Positions 12,555-26,537 of a DNA stretch of 64,000 nt are shown piece after piece. The DNA lies in assembly GCA_951406725.2 (NCBI GenBank), contig OX597817.1, forward strand, positions 79,670,001 to 79,734,000, written 5' to 3'. A program made the position numbers and the translations under genes. Within the stretch, counting starts at the first letter, position 1. Each line of letters begins with the position of its first letter. Origin of the DNA: Octopus vulgaris (lineage: Eukaryota). The notes below the pieces were generated by a model, which searched no databases, was not told the DNA's origin, and was given only the letters and a program-made list of their open reading frames with translations.

Positions 12555-13159
12555 TACCATCTGCATCGGGTGAAAAATGTTCTATTTAGAGTTTGGTACT
12601 CACCTAATATTGTCTGAGGGAGCAAATAAGAAGATAATTGACCCAGTTATTTAAACATCTAACAATAGAGGAAGTATCGACTCCGGTCGTCTGGATTCTT
12701 ATCTCAAATAAGTTGTTTATGTGTACTGGTCAGTGGTGAGAGAAGCAATTAATGCCAGGCCAGCCTACCAAATTATCGAAAGGGATGGGACTTTATGTCG
12801 GCTTAATCTTCGCAAAACAGGCAAGGCATCGGGTAATAATAATGGATTGAGTGACAGGGAAGGGATTATAGTGAGAAGAAGTAAAATAGAGGAAGCTGAA
12901 TTTACTTAGATTCATTACCGTATTAGAGACCTTGAGAAATAATGGAACAAAACTCTGAAATATAATAAAATAGGGGTGGTAATCAGATTACAATAGAAAA
13001 AGAGGGGAACTATTACAATTTAGCATAGCTATAATGTTAAAGCGTTAAAATAAATTTAGAAATTAGATATATATAATAACGAATAAATTATATTAAAAAT
13101 TATCAGAAAGAGAATAAAAATTATTCAACAAATAATTCACTTAATATTGTTGATTTTGC

Positions 13160-13522
13160 AAGGCGGCGAGCTGGCAGAAACGTTAGCACACCGGACGAGA
13201 TGCTTAGGAGTATTTTGTCTGTCTTTACGTTCTGAGTTTAAACTCCGCCGCGGTCGACTTTCACCCTTTCGGGGTCGATAAATTAATCCGTTTGTCTATC
13301 ATTGTTTGTCCCCTCTGTGTTTAGCCCCTTGTGGGTAGTAAAGAAATAGAAATAGGTATTTCGTCTGTCTTTAGGTCCTGAGTTCAGTTTCCACCGAGGT
13401 CAACTTTGCCTTTCATCCTTTCGAGATTGATAAAGTAAGTACCAGTTGCGTACTGGAGTCGATCTAATCGACTGGGCCCCTCACCAAAAATTTCAGTCCT
13501 TGTGCCTAGAGTAGAAAAGAAT
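13160..13522 (+). mobile_element. SINE family A composite (head-body-T1 + headless body-T2)
   Basis: Junction AAAGAAATAGAAAT|AGGTATTTCG at about 13353. Confidence 0.85.
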
Positions 13523-13606
13523 ATTGTTGTGTATGCATGTTACCCAACCAATCCTACAAGGTGTCTCAATTTAAGTACCTAATTCAACTGAATCTTGTTT
13601 ACACTT

Positions 13607-13672
<66 letters not shown>

Positions 13673-13770
13673 CGGGAAGCTTTATGAAAATAGACAAAAG
13701 ACGAAGGCAGGTGGAAAACAAACAAACAATTGTATTAGTATGGCGCTCAGGAAATATAAATAAAACAAGT

Positions 13771-13806
13771 CTTTAACGTTTCGAGCCTACGCTCTTCAAC
13801 AGAAAG
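13771..13806 (-). ncRNA. Minimal hammerhead-like motif, variant core
   Basis: CTTT-CTGTTGAA-GAGC gtag GCTC-GAAAC-GTT-AAAG. Confidence 0.55.
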
Positions 13807-13974
13807 ATACACAGAGAGAAAAAAACACAGAAAGAAGGAGAGAAAAAAATGCGTGCAGTAACTAACGAACCAACATGGCGATCTGATTTCGCCCAGAAGT
13901 CAAAGATCAAACATGAGACGCGAGAGCGAAATTAGGGGAGATAATAGGGTTGAGTGACCAGCTCCAACATGAGG

Positions 13975-14305
13975 GTGTGTGTGTGTGTGTGTATGAGAGA
14001 GTATTAGTGCGTATGAAGGTCTGGACGTGTGTATGTATAGGGTTGGTGTATGTATTAGTATGTGTTAGTATGTATAAGGGTGTGTGTGTGTGTGTGTGTG
14101 TATGAGAGAGTATTAGTGCGTATGAGAGGTCTGGACGTGTGTATGTATAGGGTTGGTGTATGTATTAGTATGTATTAGTACGTATTAGTATGTATAAGGG
14201 TGTGTGTGTGTGTGTATGAGAGAGTATTAGTGCGTATGAGAGGTCTGGACGTGTGTATGTATAGGGTTGGTGTATGTATTAGTATGTATTAGTTGGTGTA
14301 TGTTT
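13975..14305. repeat. About 3 tandem units of ~115-125 bp inside the PLE
   Basis: GAGAGAGTATTAGTGCGTATGA..GGTCTGGACGTGTGTATGTATAGGGTTGGTG occurs three times. Confidence 0.9.
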
Positions 14306-14668
14306 AAGTATGGCACATCATATATGATGTGATGTGTAAAGTCGTGTGGTGTAGTGTGGAGAGAGGAGAAGAGGGGAGGGGAGGAGAGGGGGAGGAGAGG
14401 AGTGGGGAGAGGAGGGGGAGAGGGAAGGGGAGGAGGAGGGGAGGAGGAAGGAGGAAAGAGGGAGAGGGGAGAGAGAAGGGGAGTGAGGGAGCAGAGGGAA
14501 GGGGAAGAGGGAAGGAGGGAGGGAGAAAGAGGGAAGAAGGGAAGGGGAGTAGGGGTGAAAGGATGAAGGACTGAAGAAGTAGGAGTCGGGGGGAAGGTAG
14601 GTGAGGAGGGGGAGAGGGGGGTTAGATGAGGAGGGGGGAGAGTTGAGACCAAATGGCGTATAAGAGCG

Positions 14669-15054
14669 AAGGGTATCATTCTGTATTCTGGGAATGCAAT
14701 CTGTTGTCGATGCAGTGTGTATCTACGTCTGAGTGATAGTCTCGTGGACCCCACGTAGTTTTGGTGGCAGCCCGAGCATCTTATGACATAAATTATGTTT
14801 TCAGAAGCACAAGTAAAATTAGATTTGATCTTGAATTTTTGTCCCTCTTTGAAGAGGAATTCTGATCCTTCTAGAAGGTATAGGCATGTTGCGCAGTTTA
14901 GTCTACCACAATTTTTTACTTTTGCATCCGTAATTTCAGAAAGCAATTTTGCCTTTGTGAGAATCTTTTTAAGTGATTTAGGTTGTTTGTAGCTTTTAAT
15001 GATTTTATGTATGTTTAGAATTTCCTTTAATTTGGGGTCCTTATGAAGTATTGG
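14669..15054 (-). pseudogene. GIY-YIG endonuclease N-terminal half (PLE)
   Basis: ORF 14227-14946; only the part up to RQQIAFPEYRMIPF is protein-like, the rest is low complexity. Confidence 0.8.
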
Positions 15055-15280
15055 TCGACAACAGATTGCATTCCCAGAATACAGAATGATACTCTTTAGT
15101 GAGCATATTGAGAAATGCGCAATGCAACTACTACCACAATTTTTAATCTTTCCATTTTATCAATGTGCTATTGGAACACCAACACAAATTAGACTAAACA
15201 AGGAAACATTCTTCATTGAAAAATATAAGCCCAAACTTAACCACTCTAACATTCTTATACAGAGAAACTCACCCCATTAA
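15055..15280 (+). pseudogene. GIY-YIG endonuclease C-terminal half, inverted relative to the N-terminal half
   Basis: RQQIAFPEYRMILFSEHIEKC...RLNKETFFIEKYKPKLN; the first ~39 bp are an inverted duplicate of 14673-14710. Confidence 0.78.
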
Positions 15281-15522
15281 GTAAAAGAGAGAAGAAATCA
15301 CTTATTGCCTCCCCTTACCTGGAACTCTTCTTTACACTTCATAACGAAGTCATAACACGATGTTTTGAGAAATTTGAAAAGTTAACACGAGACCAGTAAT
15401 TTCTTCAAAAACTATGTCACTGTATGAAAAAATTTATAACATTCTTCTGACATAATGGCTCAAATATATTTTTTAACCTTTTAAAACAAGCCTTCTGTAG
15501 TTTTTTCACTTTTTACTATTTT

Positions 15523-15595
<73 letters not shown>

Positions 15596-16590
15596 TACAC
15601 ATATAATAAAAACACATATTGGATCTGCTAAAACAAATTAGAATAATGTCATGATATTTGCCAATTGTTTTGGTTTCGCGAATGTTGCTACGCTGGTGTC
15701 TCTGTTGCTACTCATGTTTATACATTTTTTTTTTGCAAAGCGAACACCTGATCCAGCTTTCTTCTTTAACATACAAAAAGAAACAAAGAAAAAAATTGAA
15801 AAAACATAAGATATTCAGCGGTGGCATGTTTCAAATTTGATCCCACGTTTCAACATATTTGGAAATGGTTTTCTACAATAGACTCACATTGACTCAAATT
15901 TAAGTCGTGAAAATGCGGATGAGGAAACTACGAGGAAGCATTTAGACTATGATGCGTAAAAGTTGAACTGAATCTGTCATCCGGTTTAAACACTCCACAC
16001 TGACCTTGTGAAACCTTAGCAGAGCTTGCTCTTGCCGCGAGTATTCCGATCAGTTCTCCAGCTTGAGAATGTCTTCTTGATATCTTGATGTGCAGCATTG
16101 TACATGAGCAAACAATAGCTGCAGTTCCTTCTTTTCTTTCTCCATTTGTCTAGGAGGCCTTGTTAAAGGTCATGGGTGCTGCTTGTCTACCACCCTCTCA
16201 TTAAGCCATACTAAATCAACAACAAAAAGCTAATGACATAGGATTGAATATACATATCCTTCCAAATCACCTCTGAGCAATAGGAACTGACACATCTATA
16301 TGTCTTAACGATGGAGATTTTTAAATTATATGCTAGCAGTGGATAGAAAATGAAGAAGTACATCCTGGAAATATATTTATTGATTCCTTTTTTTCCTCAA
16401 ACAACCTTTTCTTTTATTCAAAGTTCTTGTATTCCTCGTGGAACTTCGTCTTTCAATTTCCATTCTGTTTCTTCTAATTCTGCGTCTATTTTTTATTTAG
16501 CTCTCACACACACTCTCCCTCATTCTGTCTCTTTCTCTTTCTGTCTCTCTCTCTCCATCTATCTATTTATCTATCTATCTATCTATCTAC

Positions 16591-16657
<67 letters not shown>

Positions 16658-16771
16658 ACCATCTAACTATTTGTCAAAGTGTCTATTAGTTTTTTTAAAT
16701 CTACCTATTTTTCCTTCAGTGTAATTTATCTATCTATTTATCCATCTATCTTTTGCCTTCTGTCTCTCTAC

Positions 16772-16841
<70 letters not shown>

Positions 16842-17113
16842 CTCTCTATCTATCTATCAACATATCTATTTATTTACCTATCCACTTATTTATCTATCTT
16901 AACCATTTTGTCCTTTTCTTTCTATTCTTTTTCTAATACTAACAATGCCACCTCATCCATCTCATCCGTAGGTGAGGCAGGCATGTTTGGTTAAGTCACT
17001 TGCTTCACCAACACATGTTTCCACTTTTAAACTTTCGATCGTCTCGGACAAGCAAATATGTAGCAGGTAGTATTTGGTTTAAAACATTTCAGCGAAATGT
17101 ACTATATAGTGTG

Positions 17114-17204
<91 letters not shown>

Positions 17205-17384
17205 AATGTAGGATAAAAATTTTTTCGAAAAAAATTTTATCAATGGCCAGCATATTAAAATATACCTTTAAAGGTTAAATTTATTGCGTATTGTGAAAAA
17301 ATTATATGGCTGATGGACAATATGTCCTATTTTTCGACATATTTGGGATTAGAAATTTTTTCGTTTGCCCTTATTTATGAATTG

Positions 17385-17421
<37 letters not shown>

Positions 17422-17450
17422 GTATGTATGTATGTATGTATGTATGTATG

Positions 17451-17483
<33 letters not shown>

Positions 17484-17544
17484 GTGTGTATTTTCCTTTA
17501 TATGTTTCAGCCCTAGGGCATACATGTATGTATATATATATATG

Positions 17545-17850
17545 CGTGTGGTTAGGCTAATCAGCTCACGATCATAAGGTCGAGAGTTCGATTCCTGGTA
17601 GCGCGTTTTGTCCTTGAGCAAGACACTTTATTTCACGTTGCTCCATCCCACTCAGCTGGCAAAAATGAGTAGTACCTCTATTTCAAATAGACGGCTTTGT
17701 CACATTCTGTGTCATGCTCAATATCCCTGAGAACTACGTTAAAGGTACGCGTCTATGGAGTGTTCAGCCACTTGCGCGTTAATTCCAAGAGCTTGGTGAT
17801 CCTTGATCGGATCAACTGGAACCCTCGTCATCGTAACCGACAGAGTGCCG
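17545..17850 (+). mobile_element. tRNA-derived SINE family D with CORE-like central domain
   Basis: GAGTTCGATTCC box; TGTCCTTGAGCAAGACACTT...CACTCAGCTGGCAAAAATGAG; its 3' end recurs in reverse complement at about 515-570. Confidence 0.75.
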
Positions 17851-19709
17851 GGAACATATCTCTTATTATAATATATATATATAAATATATATAAAGGAAA
17901 CGTATGACGGACGGATATAGTAAGAATCTTTACTCAGCACGGCAATCGTTTCGACCCATCCTGTAACTGTTCCATAGGGGTAGGATATTGTGCATCTAGC
18001 TGTGTTGCATCAACCAGTGCAGGCTGTCTCACTCCAGATGCTTTGTGTATATTCCACTAGATATAATGAGTTCTCCTTGGCATGTTCTTTTCGCTCGTTG
18101 TACGCTGGCAGCCCAAATGGTGAATGAGCATTAATCGACATACTAATAGACATATACCCAAAGTCCAAATAATTACATATATATATATATATATATATAT
18201 TCAGATTTGTATACTATAATGTAAACTAATATTTTCTGCTGGTTTCTTTTTTATCTCAGTGTCACCCAATATCATAGTATTGTGCGAAAAAACAAAACAA
18301 AACAAAACAGATCTTAATTTTTTCGACTGTGGCATATTAATAGAAACTTACATAATACATACATACAAGCGCGCATTTGTTATGTGTATGTATTTGTGTA
18401 TGTGTGACAGAGAGAGAAAGCGAGGAAGAGAGACAGACGGAATGAGAGAGCATGCTACTTACCACACAGCCACACGACGGGCTTCTTTCAGTTTCCGTCT
18501 ACCACAACCGCTCACAAGGCTTTGGTCGGCCGACGGCTACATTAGTAAGACATTTGCCCAACGTGCCGCATAAAAAAGATAAATGTTAATACTTTTGGAG
18601 CGTGTTCATAATTCTTATTGATATTTGTTTTTGAAACGGAAAGTGAAACTCCTCAAAGCAGATCAATGTAAACGTTATTCTAATTGAAATATGCTATGTA
18701 AACATGACTTCATCATTATCATCATTTTAGGTTCACTTTCTCATGCTGGCATAGGTGGACGTGGGTTATTGAGGTAGATTTTCTATAGCTAGATGCATCT
18801 CTTCTGTTACCAACCCTATCCTGTATCCAAGCAAGGTAATATTTCGCCATGAGTAGAGATGTTTTCGCAGAATATTAAAATTGATTAACAATGATATATT
18901 TAAGACAGAGGCACTCACAACTAATGCGTGATGTAAAGACAAGATACAAAATATACACTTGCTCTCAAAACACATGCATCCACATATCTACATACATGTA
19001 TGTATATATATTAAATTCAACTTACGTTGAAAGTCAACAAACCAAGTTTGCATTTGAAGCGTTGAGTTGTATTGAAAGATACAGATAAGGAAATAATTTT
19101 ATTCTCAAATACAGGAAAATGCAAATAATATAGCATGAACGGGATAAACTATTCATATTTTGCAGAAAAAATCTATCGACGGCCAACTATGAGACTCAAA
19201 CTCACATCCCGGTGATTTGGCGTCAAATTCTTTACCATTAAGCTAAACTGCCCAAACGACAAATTCTTCGGCAAACTTAGGATATATAAATCTAGATTTG
19301 TAAGACGCTATTGTACGTTAAATTCAACTAACTGTAAAAATCAACAAACAAAGTTTGCTAAGAAAATAATTTAATTCTCAAACGCAGCGACCAGCATTGA
19401 GGCTCGAACTCACATCCTTGTAATTACGCATCAAGTGCTTATATATATATTTGAAAGAATGAGTAGAGATGGCTTTTTTGAGGGGACAATTTTTATTTTT
19501 ATCTTAATAATAACGTTTACAGTGAATTACTCTGATATCAGTTTCGAGCTTCAAGTAGCCGTTTTCAAGCTGAAAAATGTATGTTTTACTGGTTACTTAA
19601 ATAGCAAAAGATTAGTTTCTTACATGTATACATACAAAAATATGCACAAAAAGGGAAAAGAATATAGAACGAAATATTAGGAAAATATGTATATATTCTT
19701 TTATCTTTT

Positions 19710-19911
19710 TTTACTTGTTTCAGCCCTTTGATTGCGGCCATGCTGGAGCACCGTCTTTATTCTGGCAAATCGATCACAGAACTTATTCTTTGTAAGTCTA
19801 GTAATTATTCTATCGGTCTCTTTTGCCAAACCGCTAAGTTATGGGGTCGTAAACACACCAGCATCAGTTGTCAAGCGATGTTGGGGGGCAAACACAGACA
19901 CACAAACATAT

Positions 19912-19986
<75 letters not shown>

Positions 19987-20120
19987 CGACGATCTTCTTT
20001 CAGTTTCTGTCTGTCAAATCCACTCACAAGGCTTTGGTCAGCCCGAGGCTACAGTAGAAGACACTTGCCCATAGTGCCACGCAATGGGACTGAATCCGCA
20101 ACCATGTGGTTGGTAAGCAA
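19710..20120 (-). mobile_element. SINE family B (CORE-like, internal (TA)/(TG) tract)
   Basis: Reverse complement of the 22412-22825 copy. Confidence 0.85.
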
Positions 20121-20153
<33 letters not shown>

Positions 20154-21025
20154 GAATACAAAAGCTTGAGTGAAGAATAATAAAAAGAAGGAGGAGGAGG
20201 AAGAGGGGAGGAGGACGACGACAACAACAAGAAGGAAGGTGAAGAGCAAAGAAGGTGATGAAGGATGTTGTATTTTTCTCCTTCTTTTTCCTCTTGCTCG
20301 ACCCAGGAGCAAATGGAAGACACTTGCCCAAGACGCAACACTGTGGGACGGAAATTATATCGCTGGGAAGTTTAATTCTTAGCCATACAATTACGCATAT
20401 ACGATTAATGTGCATATTTATTTGAAATGTATGGGAATTCATATCTACTTCTTTCTGTAGCAGATAATATACAGCAAAGGCCACCAATAACATGAGATTT
20501 TTCACGCATTTCGGAATATTCATAAATATTTCTTCAAATACAAGAATTGTTTTTCTTTTCAGAAAATATGACGTAGTTCAATGTACAGATACCGTAGAGT
20601 GGAAAACCTTGATGTAATATTTCGTAGACCCTCACAACTAAATCTAACAACGTTATAGATCGTAATAAAAACATAATGTACCCGGGATACATATATATTT
20701 AGGCTGTATATTGAACATTAGCAGAATTTTCTTCATCAGGAAAACAAATAAATTGAAATCAGTTACACAGAGCACAATTGAAATCAGTTATATACATCAC
20801 TAAATTGTATATACAAAACAAGTAAGTTGGAATGTTTGTGAATATAAATCTCTTTTTCATTGGTCATAGATAACCTTCAGTAATTTTATTTAACAATTTC
20901 TTTTCAATTATAGCATATGGTTAGATATATAAATTGAAAACATCTGTATAACTATGTGAATATATATATGTATGTGAGTGTATTTTTGTGTATGAGATAT
21001 GGACTATTTCTAATATATATATATA

Positions 21026-21073
<48 letters not shown>

Positions 21074-21446
21074 AAGCTTTACAAAATAAAAGATATATCC
21101 GAATAAAGTTATATTTAATACACTCGAGTGTTTTCAGAATGACGCAGAAATGCATGCGTCCTACGATCTAATGACATCATTCACAGCCCCCGTAATATGT
21201 GTCCATACTAGTCTAAGTGGAGGATTTTTCTCAAGATTATCTTCGCAGCGAAAGGTTTTATCACATCGAAATACACTCAATTGTGATAAATATGATTTTA
21301 CAGCATTTTTTTTATTTTTGTATTCCGCGCTGCTTTGCTTAATTCCAACTTCACCAAAAATTTACACATTACAACAAACATTAAATGATGTTTAAACAAA
21401 AATAATAATTTCGAACATATTCGGGCAGTGAATAACAGATTCGACT

Positions 21447-21495
21447 ATCGTATCTGACGAAACCGAATGACGCCGAAACACAAGCGCCCTACGAT
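21447..21495 (+). ncRNA. Degenerate type I hammerhead motif
   Basis: ATCGTAT-CTGACGA-...-GAAAC ACAAGC GCC-CTACGAT; the sister copy at 21135-21167 keeps GAAATGCATGCGTC-CTACGAT. Confidence 0.5.
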
Positions 21496-21776
21496 TTAAT
21501 GACATTCGAAAACAGGTTTTTACACGAATACATGTTCTTTTCTGGGATTATCTCAGCCTACTGGAAATAAAATGTTACTGGTTTTTAAAACATTATAAAA
21601 GGTATACGAAGTTCAGGAAAATCAGAAAGCAACTGAAAAATTACACAATCGTTTGGTGAAAATGTTCAAGCAACTACCATAACACACAGAAACTCATAGA
21701 TGGAGATGGATATATTGATATATGTGTGTATGTGTATGTGCGTGTGTGAATATGTGTGTGTGTGAATGCATATTTC

Positions 21777-21837
<61 letters not shown>

Positions 21838-22048
21838 ACATACATTTATATACGTGATGTAGCACGAAGTTTTGTCAGTGAACAGGTCGGGGTCTCAAAA
21901 CGACGAAAATATTTTGACATATTAAATATAAATGTTGAAGTGAATTTAACGGTTTTTAAATGGCTTATAAACACCTTCCACGCTGCAATTGTTTTCGTTC
22001 CAGCACACGATCTCAGATCAGGTCACTTGCTATGCAAGTACATCTCCG

Positions 22049-22083
<35 letters not shown>

Positions 22084-22088
<5 letters not shown>

Positions 22089-22219
22089 ATATAGAAGGAG
22101 CTTCTACAGGACTAGAACTGTTTCATTCAAGAGAAGTCTTCAGGAAGCTCAGGAGCTTCCTGAAGATTTCTCTTGAATGAAACAGTTCTAGTCCTGTAGA
22201 AGCTCCTTCTATATAATAA
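22084..22219. repeat. Near-perfect 136-bp palindrome carrying a hammerhead motif on each strand
   Basis: 67-bp arms with one mismatch, 2-nt centre (AG at 22151-22152). Confidence 0.95.
22151..22207 (+). ncRNA. Type I hammerhead ribozyme motif, intact core
   Basis: AGGAGCTTC-CTGAAGA-tTTC tctt GAAt-GAA-ACAG ttctagtc CTGT-A-GAAGCTCCT: 9-bp helix I, 4-bp helix III, GUA site; mirror copy at 22096-22150 (-). Confidence 0.75.
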
Positions 22220-22321
22220 ATTAATTTTACTCTGCTATGTATTGAGTACTTTATTTACTGTGGTTAACCCCGAATCAACCCGGGACCTACATATATATAT
22301 ATATATATATATATGAGTGAA

Positions 22322-22378
<57 letters not shown>

Positions 22379-22411
22379 TATATATATATATATGTATACA
22401 TACTTATATAA

Positions 22412-22825
22412 GCGCAGGCCTGGCTGTGTGGTAAAAAGCTTGCTTGCCAACCACATGGTTCCGTGTTCAGTCCTACTGCTTAGCACTTTGGGCAACTTTC
22501 TTCTACTATAAACTCGAGCCGATTAAAGCCTGGTGAGTGGATTTGGTTGATAGAAACCGAAAGAAAGACGTCGTATATATTTTTATATGTGAATATATGC
22601 ATGTGTGTGTGCTTTTGTGTTTGTGTTTGTGTACCACCTCCCATCACCAATTAACAACAAGCGTTGGTGCGTTTTTGTCTCCGAAACTTAGCGGTTCGGC
22701 AAAAGAAGTCGATAGAATAGCTATTAGGCGTTAAGACAAATTACTTGGAGGGTCGATTTCCTCGACTAAAATCCTTCGAATGAGTGCTCCCCTATGGTTG
22801 CAGTCAAATGACTGAAACAAGTAAT
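22412..22825 (+). mobile_element. SINE family B, full length
   Basis: tRNA-like head GCGCAGGCCTGGCTGTGTGGTAA...GTTCAGTCC, CORE-like TTGGGCAA.T.TCTTCTAC, tail GCAGTCAAATGACTGAAACAAGTAA. Confidence 0.85.
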
Positions 22826-23739
22826 ATATATATATATATCGATTGTGTTATTTTAAAACAAATTTAGGATTACCAACAACTGTTAGGAGCACTCAATAAA
22901 GAGAGTAGAGTAAAACTTATAAAACAATTCAGGAATGATACTTTAAAAGTGATATCTGATTTCGTGTGTGAATGAGTGAGTGGGTAAGCGTGTATATTTC
23001 TACATAACTAAATACAACAACGTCATCCTCTATATACTTCTGCACTAAGAGTATATTGAGCAATGTCCTGACTTTGTAAATGCAACGGAAAAGAAATCAC
23101 CAAAAGTATTTATCTATGCAACTGTCGGTGTGCGTATTTCTGATCACGCATTCACGTATGTCTATATATATGCACACATACACACAAACGGACATACGCA
23201 CACATACATATATATGTATATCTGTGTGTGTATGTATACATGCATATACATATATAAACATATATATATATATGTACGTATATATATATGTATGTAAGTA
23301 TGTATACATATATGCACTTTCACTTAGACATACATGCATATGTATTTTTCTTTGGCCAACGCCTGGAGGGTTTCGGTGGGTTTATCTACAATTATGTACT
23401 TGACATTCAAGTCCTTTCGTAAACCACAAAGCTAATACTTGACATTTATATGCTATAACTTTGCTATAAGGAAAACATTCTCATGATTTTTGGCCTCTCA
23501 CTCCCTATCACTCTCTATATATGTATATATATATATATATATTTGTATATATATATAAACAAATATATATAAATACATATATGTATATATACACAAATCA
23601 ATGTACATATGCATATATATCCATATTATATATATATATATGTTTTTATGTCTTTGTACATGTATGTATATACATATATACATCTTAATAAATGCAAGTA
23701 CCTATACATATGAGTGTGTATACACACACACACACACAT

Positions 23740-23800
<61 letters not shown>

Positions 23801-23946
23801 TATACATATAAATTATACATATATATATGCATGCAATTACAAACATAGACATACATAGAGGTCTTTAGATATAATGTATACATGTGTGTATGAAATACAC
23901 GTGTGGTATGTCGATATGCACATGCATATATGCAAATATATATATA

Positions 23947-24015
<69 letters not shown>

Positions 24016-24606
24016 GTATGTATGTATCTAAGTATGGAGGTATGTATGTATGTATAGACATGCCTATATTTATATACTTTCGAGAGGCAAGTTATCTCAA
24101 AGGGGGTGCAAGCCGGGGTTCCTTTTCTGATGAATATCTGTACAATCTACATTCATTCACTCATTCGCTCTTTCATTGATGCACACATATATATATACAT
24201 TTATTCATTGATTCATTCAGAGCCACACCACTGTTAGGCTGGGTCAAATTTAAAGAAAATCGGAGCGGAAATCTTTTTCGGTGAAAACAACAAATCGAAG
24301 GCAAAAGTCAAATACAAAATGAGAAAATAACAACAAAAATAATGATAAATAAATAAAATAAAATAAAAATAAAAATAAAGAAATAAAAAAGAGTGAGATA
24401 GAGTAAGTGTTGTAACACACACGTTTATGTACATGCTTATAAATGTGTGCATATATATATATAAGTATATGAGTAATATATATGTATATGTGCGTGTATA
24501 TACATATATACATATATACATATATAAACATGTAAGTGTATATGTATATGTGTGTATGTGTGTGTGTAAATGTCGTGGGGTGTGTGTTTACATACACATA
24601 CACACA

Positions 24607-24642
<36 letters not shown>

Positions 24643-25179
24643 TGATGTGTATATGTAAGATAATAGACAATAAAGACTATTGCAATATAGAATTACCATA
24701 TTTTATAAAATGCCCATATGTACTCACACATACATACTTATATATGTAAAATATATACATAAAAAACTCACATGAATGCACACGCACTCATGTACAAACA
24801 CGCGATAAAGAAGAATATGCATACAGTCACAGACATTGCTGGAAAGAAAAAAACACTGAAATAAAAATACATGAACAAAACAAACACTTCAGCATAAACG
24901 AAACCACAACGAGAAGTGAAAGCGTACAAACATGAAATTGCACACATGCATATGTGTATATATGTGTTCAGACCCAAGTTCACACATATATAGAGATCGT
25001 TATACGCATATATAAGAGAGAAAAAAAGTACATACAAGTGTGGTCAATATTGAGATGAAAAAAAAACAAGAAATAACTATGAATATAAATGAAATACATT
25101 CAGATGTTGGTATGAAAAGACCAGGTTTAAGAAGTAAGCAGATATCATTTCATGATCCCTTATATATACGTAAATATAG

Positions 25180-25258
<79 letters not shown>

Positions 25259-25808
25259 CACCTATATATGTGTATACATATATATATATACATATATATA
25301 CATACATACATAAATATATATATACATATATACATACACACATGCACAATTGAATACGTATATATATATATACATACATAAATATATTTATACATATATA
25401 CGCACGTACATATGTATGAAGATACATAAATTTACGTACATTTTATACAAAATTATACACATATATGATATATATAAATATATAAATTCACACATACGCC
25501 CACACACATATACATAACTATATCTGCCTGTGTTTGTCTATTTGTGGGCATCTGTATGCATGTGTGAATATGTATATGTATATATATGTGTATGTGTGTG
25601 TGTGTGTGTGTGTATGTGTGTTTGTATGTATATGTATTTGTGTGTGTATGCGTATGTTGATTTTCTTACGGACGCACACTCTGCACGTATTCATAAACAT
25701 AGACTTGTTTACATATGTATACACACATTCCTGTGTGTCAAAGGAAAAATTATAGAAACATATTCAGATGTTGCTGACTCTGACATGTGTAGGTCAATTA
25801 TTTCACAT

Positions 25809-25843
<35 letters not shown>

Positions 25844-26252
25844 TTGTGCTATACATTGTGTTATAGTATATTATCTTTATAATATTATTTTGTTTCTTGA
25901 AGGTGAGAGAAAGCTAACCCAAGTAGCTAGTTAGCGCCGACATTATTGTAATGATATATGATTATATGTTTGTTGCTGTGTCTATATGTTTTTTTGTGTA
26001 TGTGCGTATGTGTGTGTGTGTGTGCGTGTGTGTCTCCTCTCTGTGTGTAAGTGTCTGTGTGTGAGCGTATGCACATTTGAGTGGGTGCATACACATACAT
26101 GCAAGCATTACGTCTTCTTTGCAGACTACTTAGCACAGTTATGCATTGGAAGTTATAGAAAACAAAACAAAAGAACAACATAAGTAAATAAATGAAACCA
26201 AAACAGCGTATGCGTGTGTGTATGTGTGTGCGTATATTTATATATGAGTGTA

Positions 26253-26309
<57 letters not shown>

Positions 26310-26378
26310 ATATATATGCGAATATGTATATATACTTATATACATAGATATGTACATATATATATATGCAATATATAC

Positions 26379-26537
<159 letters not shown>

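Larger units (their letters stand above)
13671..15054 (-). mobile_element. Penelope-like element 3' portion (Cys-linker + GIY-YIG endonuclease, probably Neptune-type) with terminal repeat abutting (TA)n
   Basis: CGRLNCATC linker, FTCASENIIYVIRCSGCHQNYVGSTRLSLRRRYTLH GIY-YIG motif, then a terminal segment repeated at 47120 and 62745. Confidence 0.82.

Noticed and set aside
15840-16330. Possible decayed LINE or exon
   Set aside because: No motif recognised in any frame
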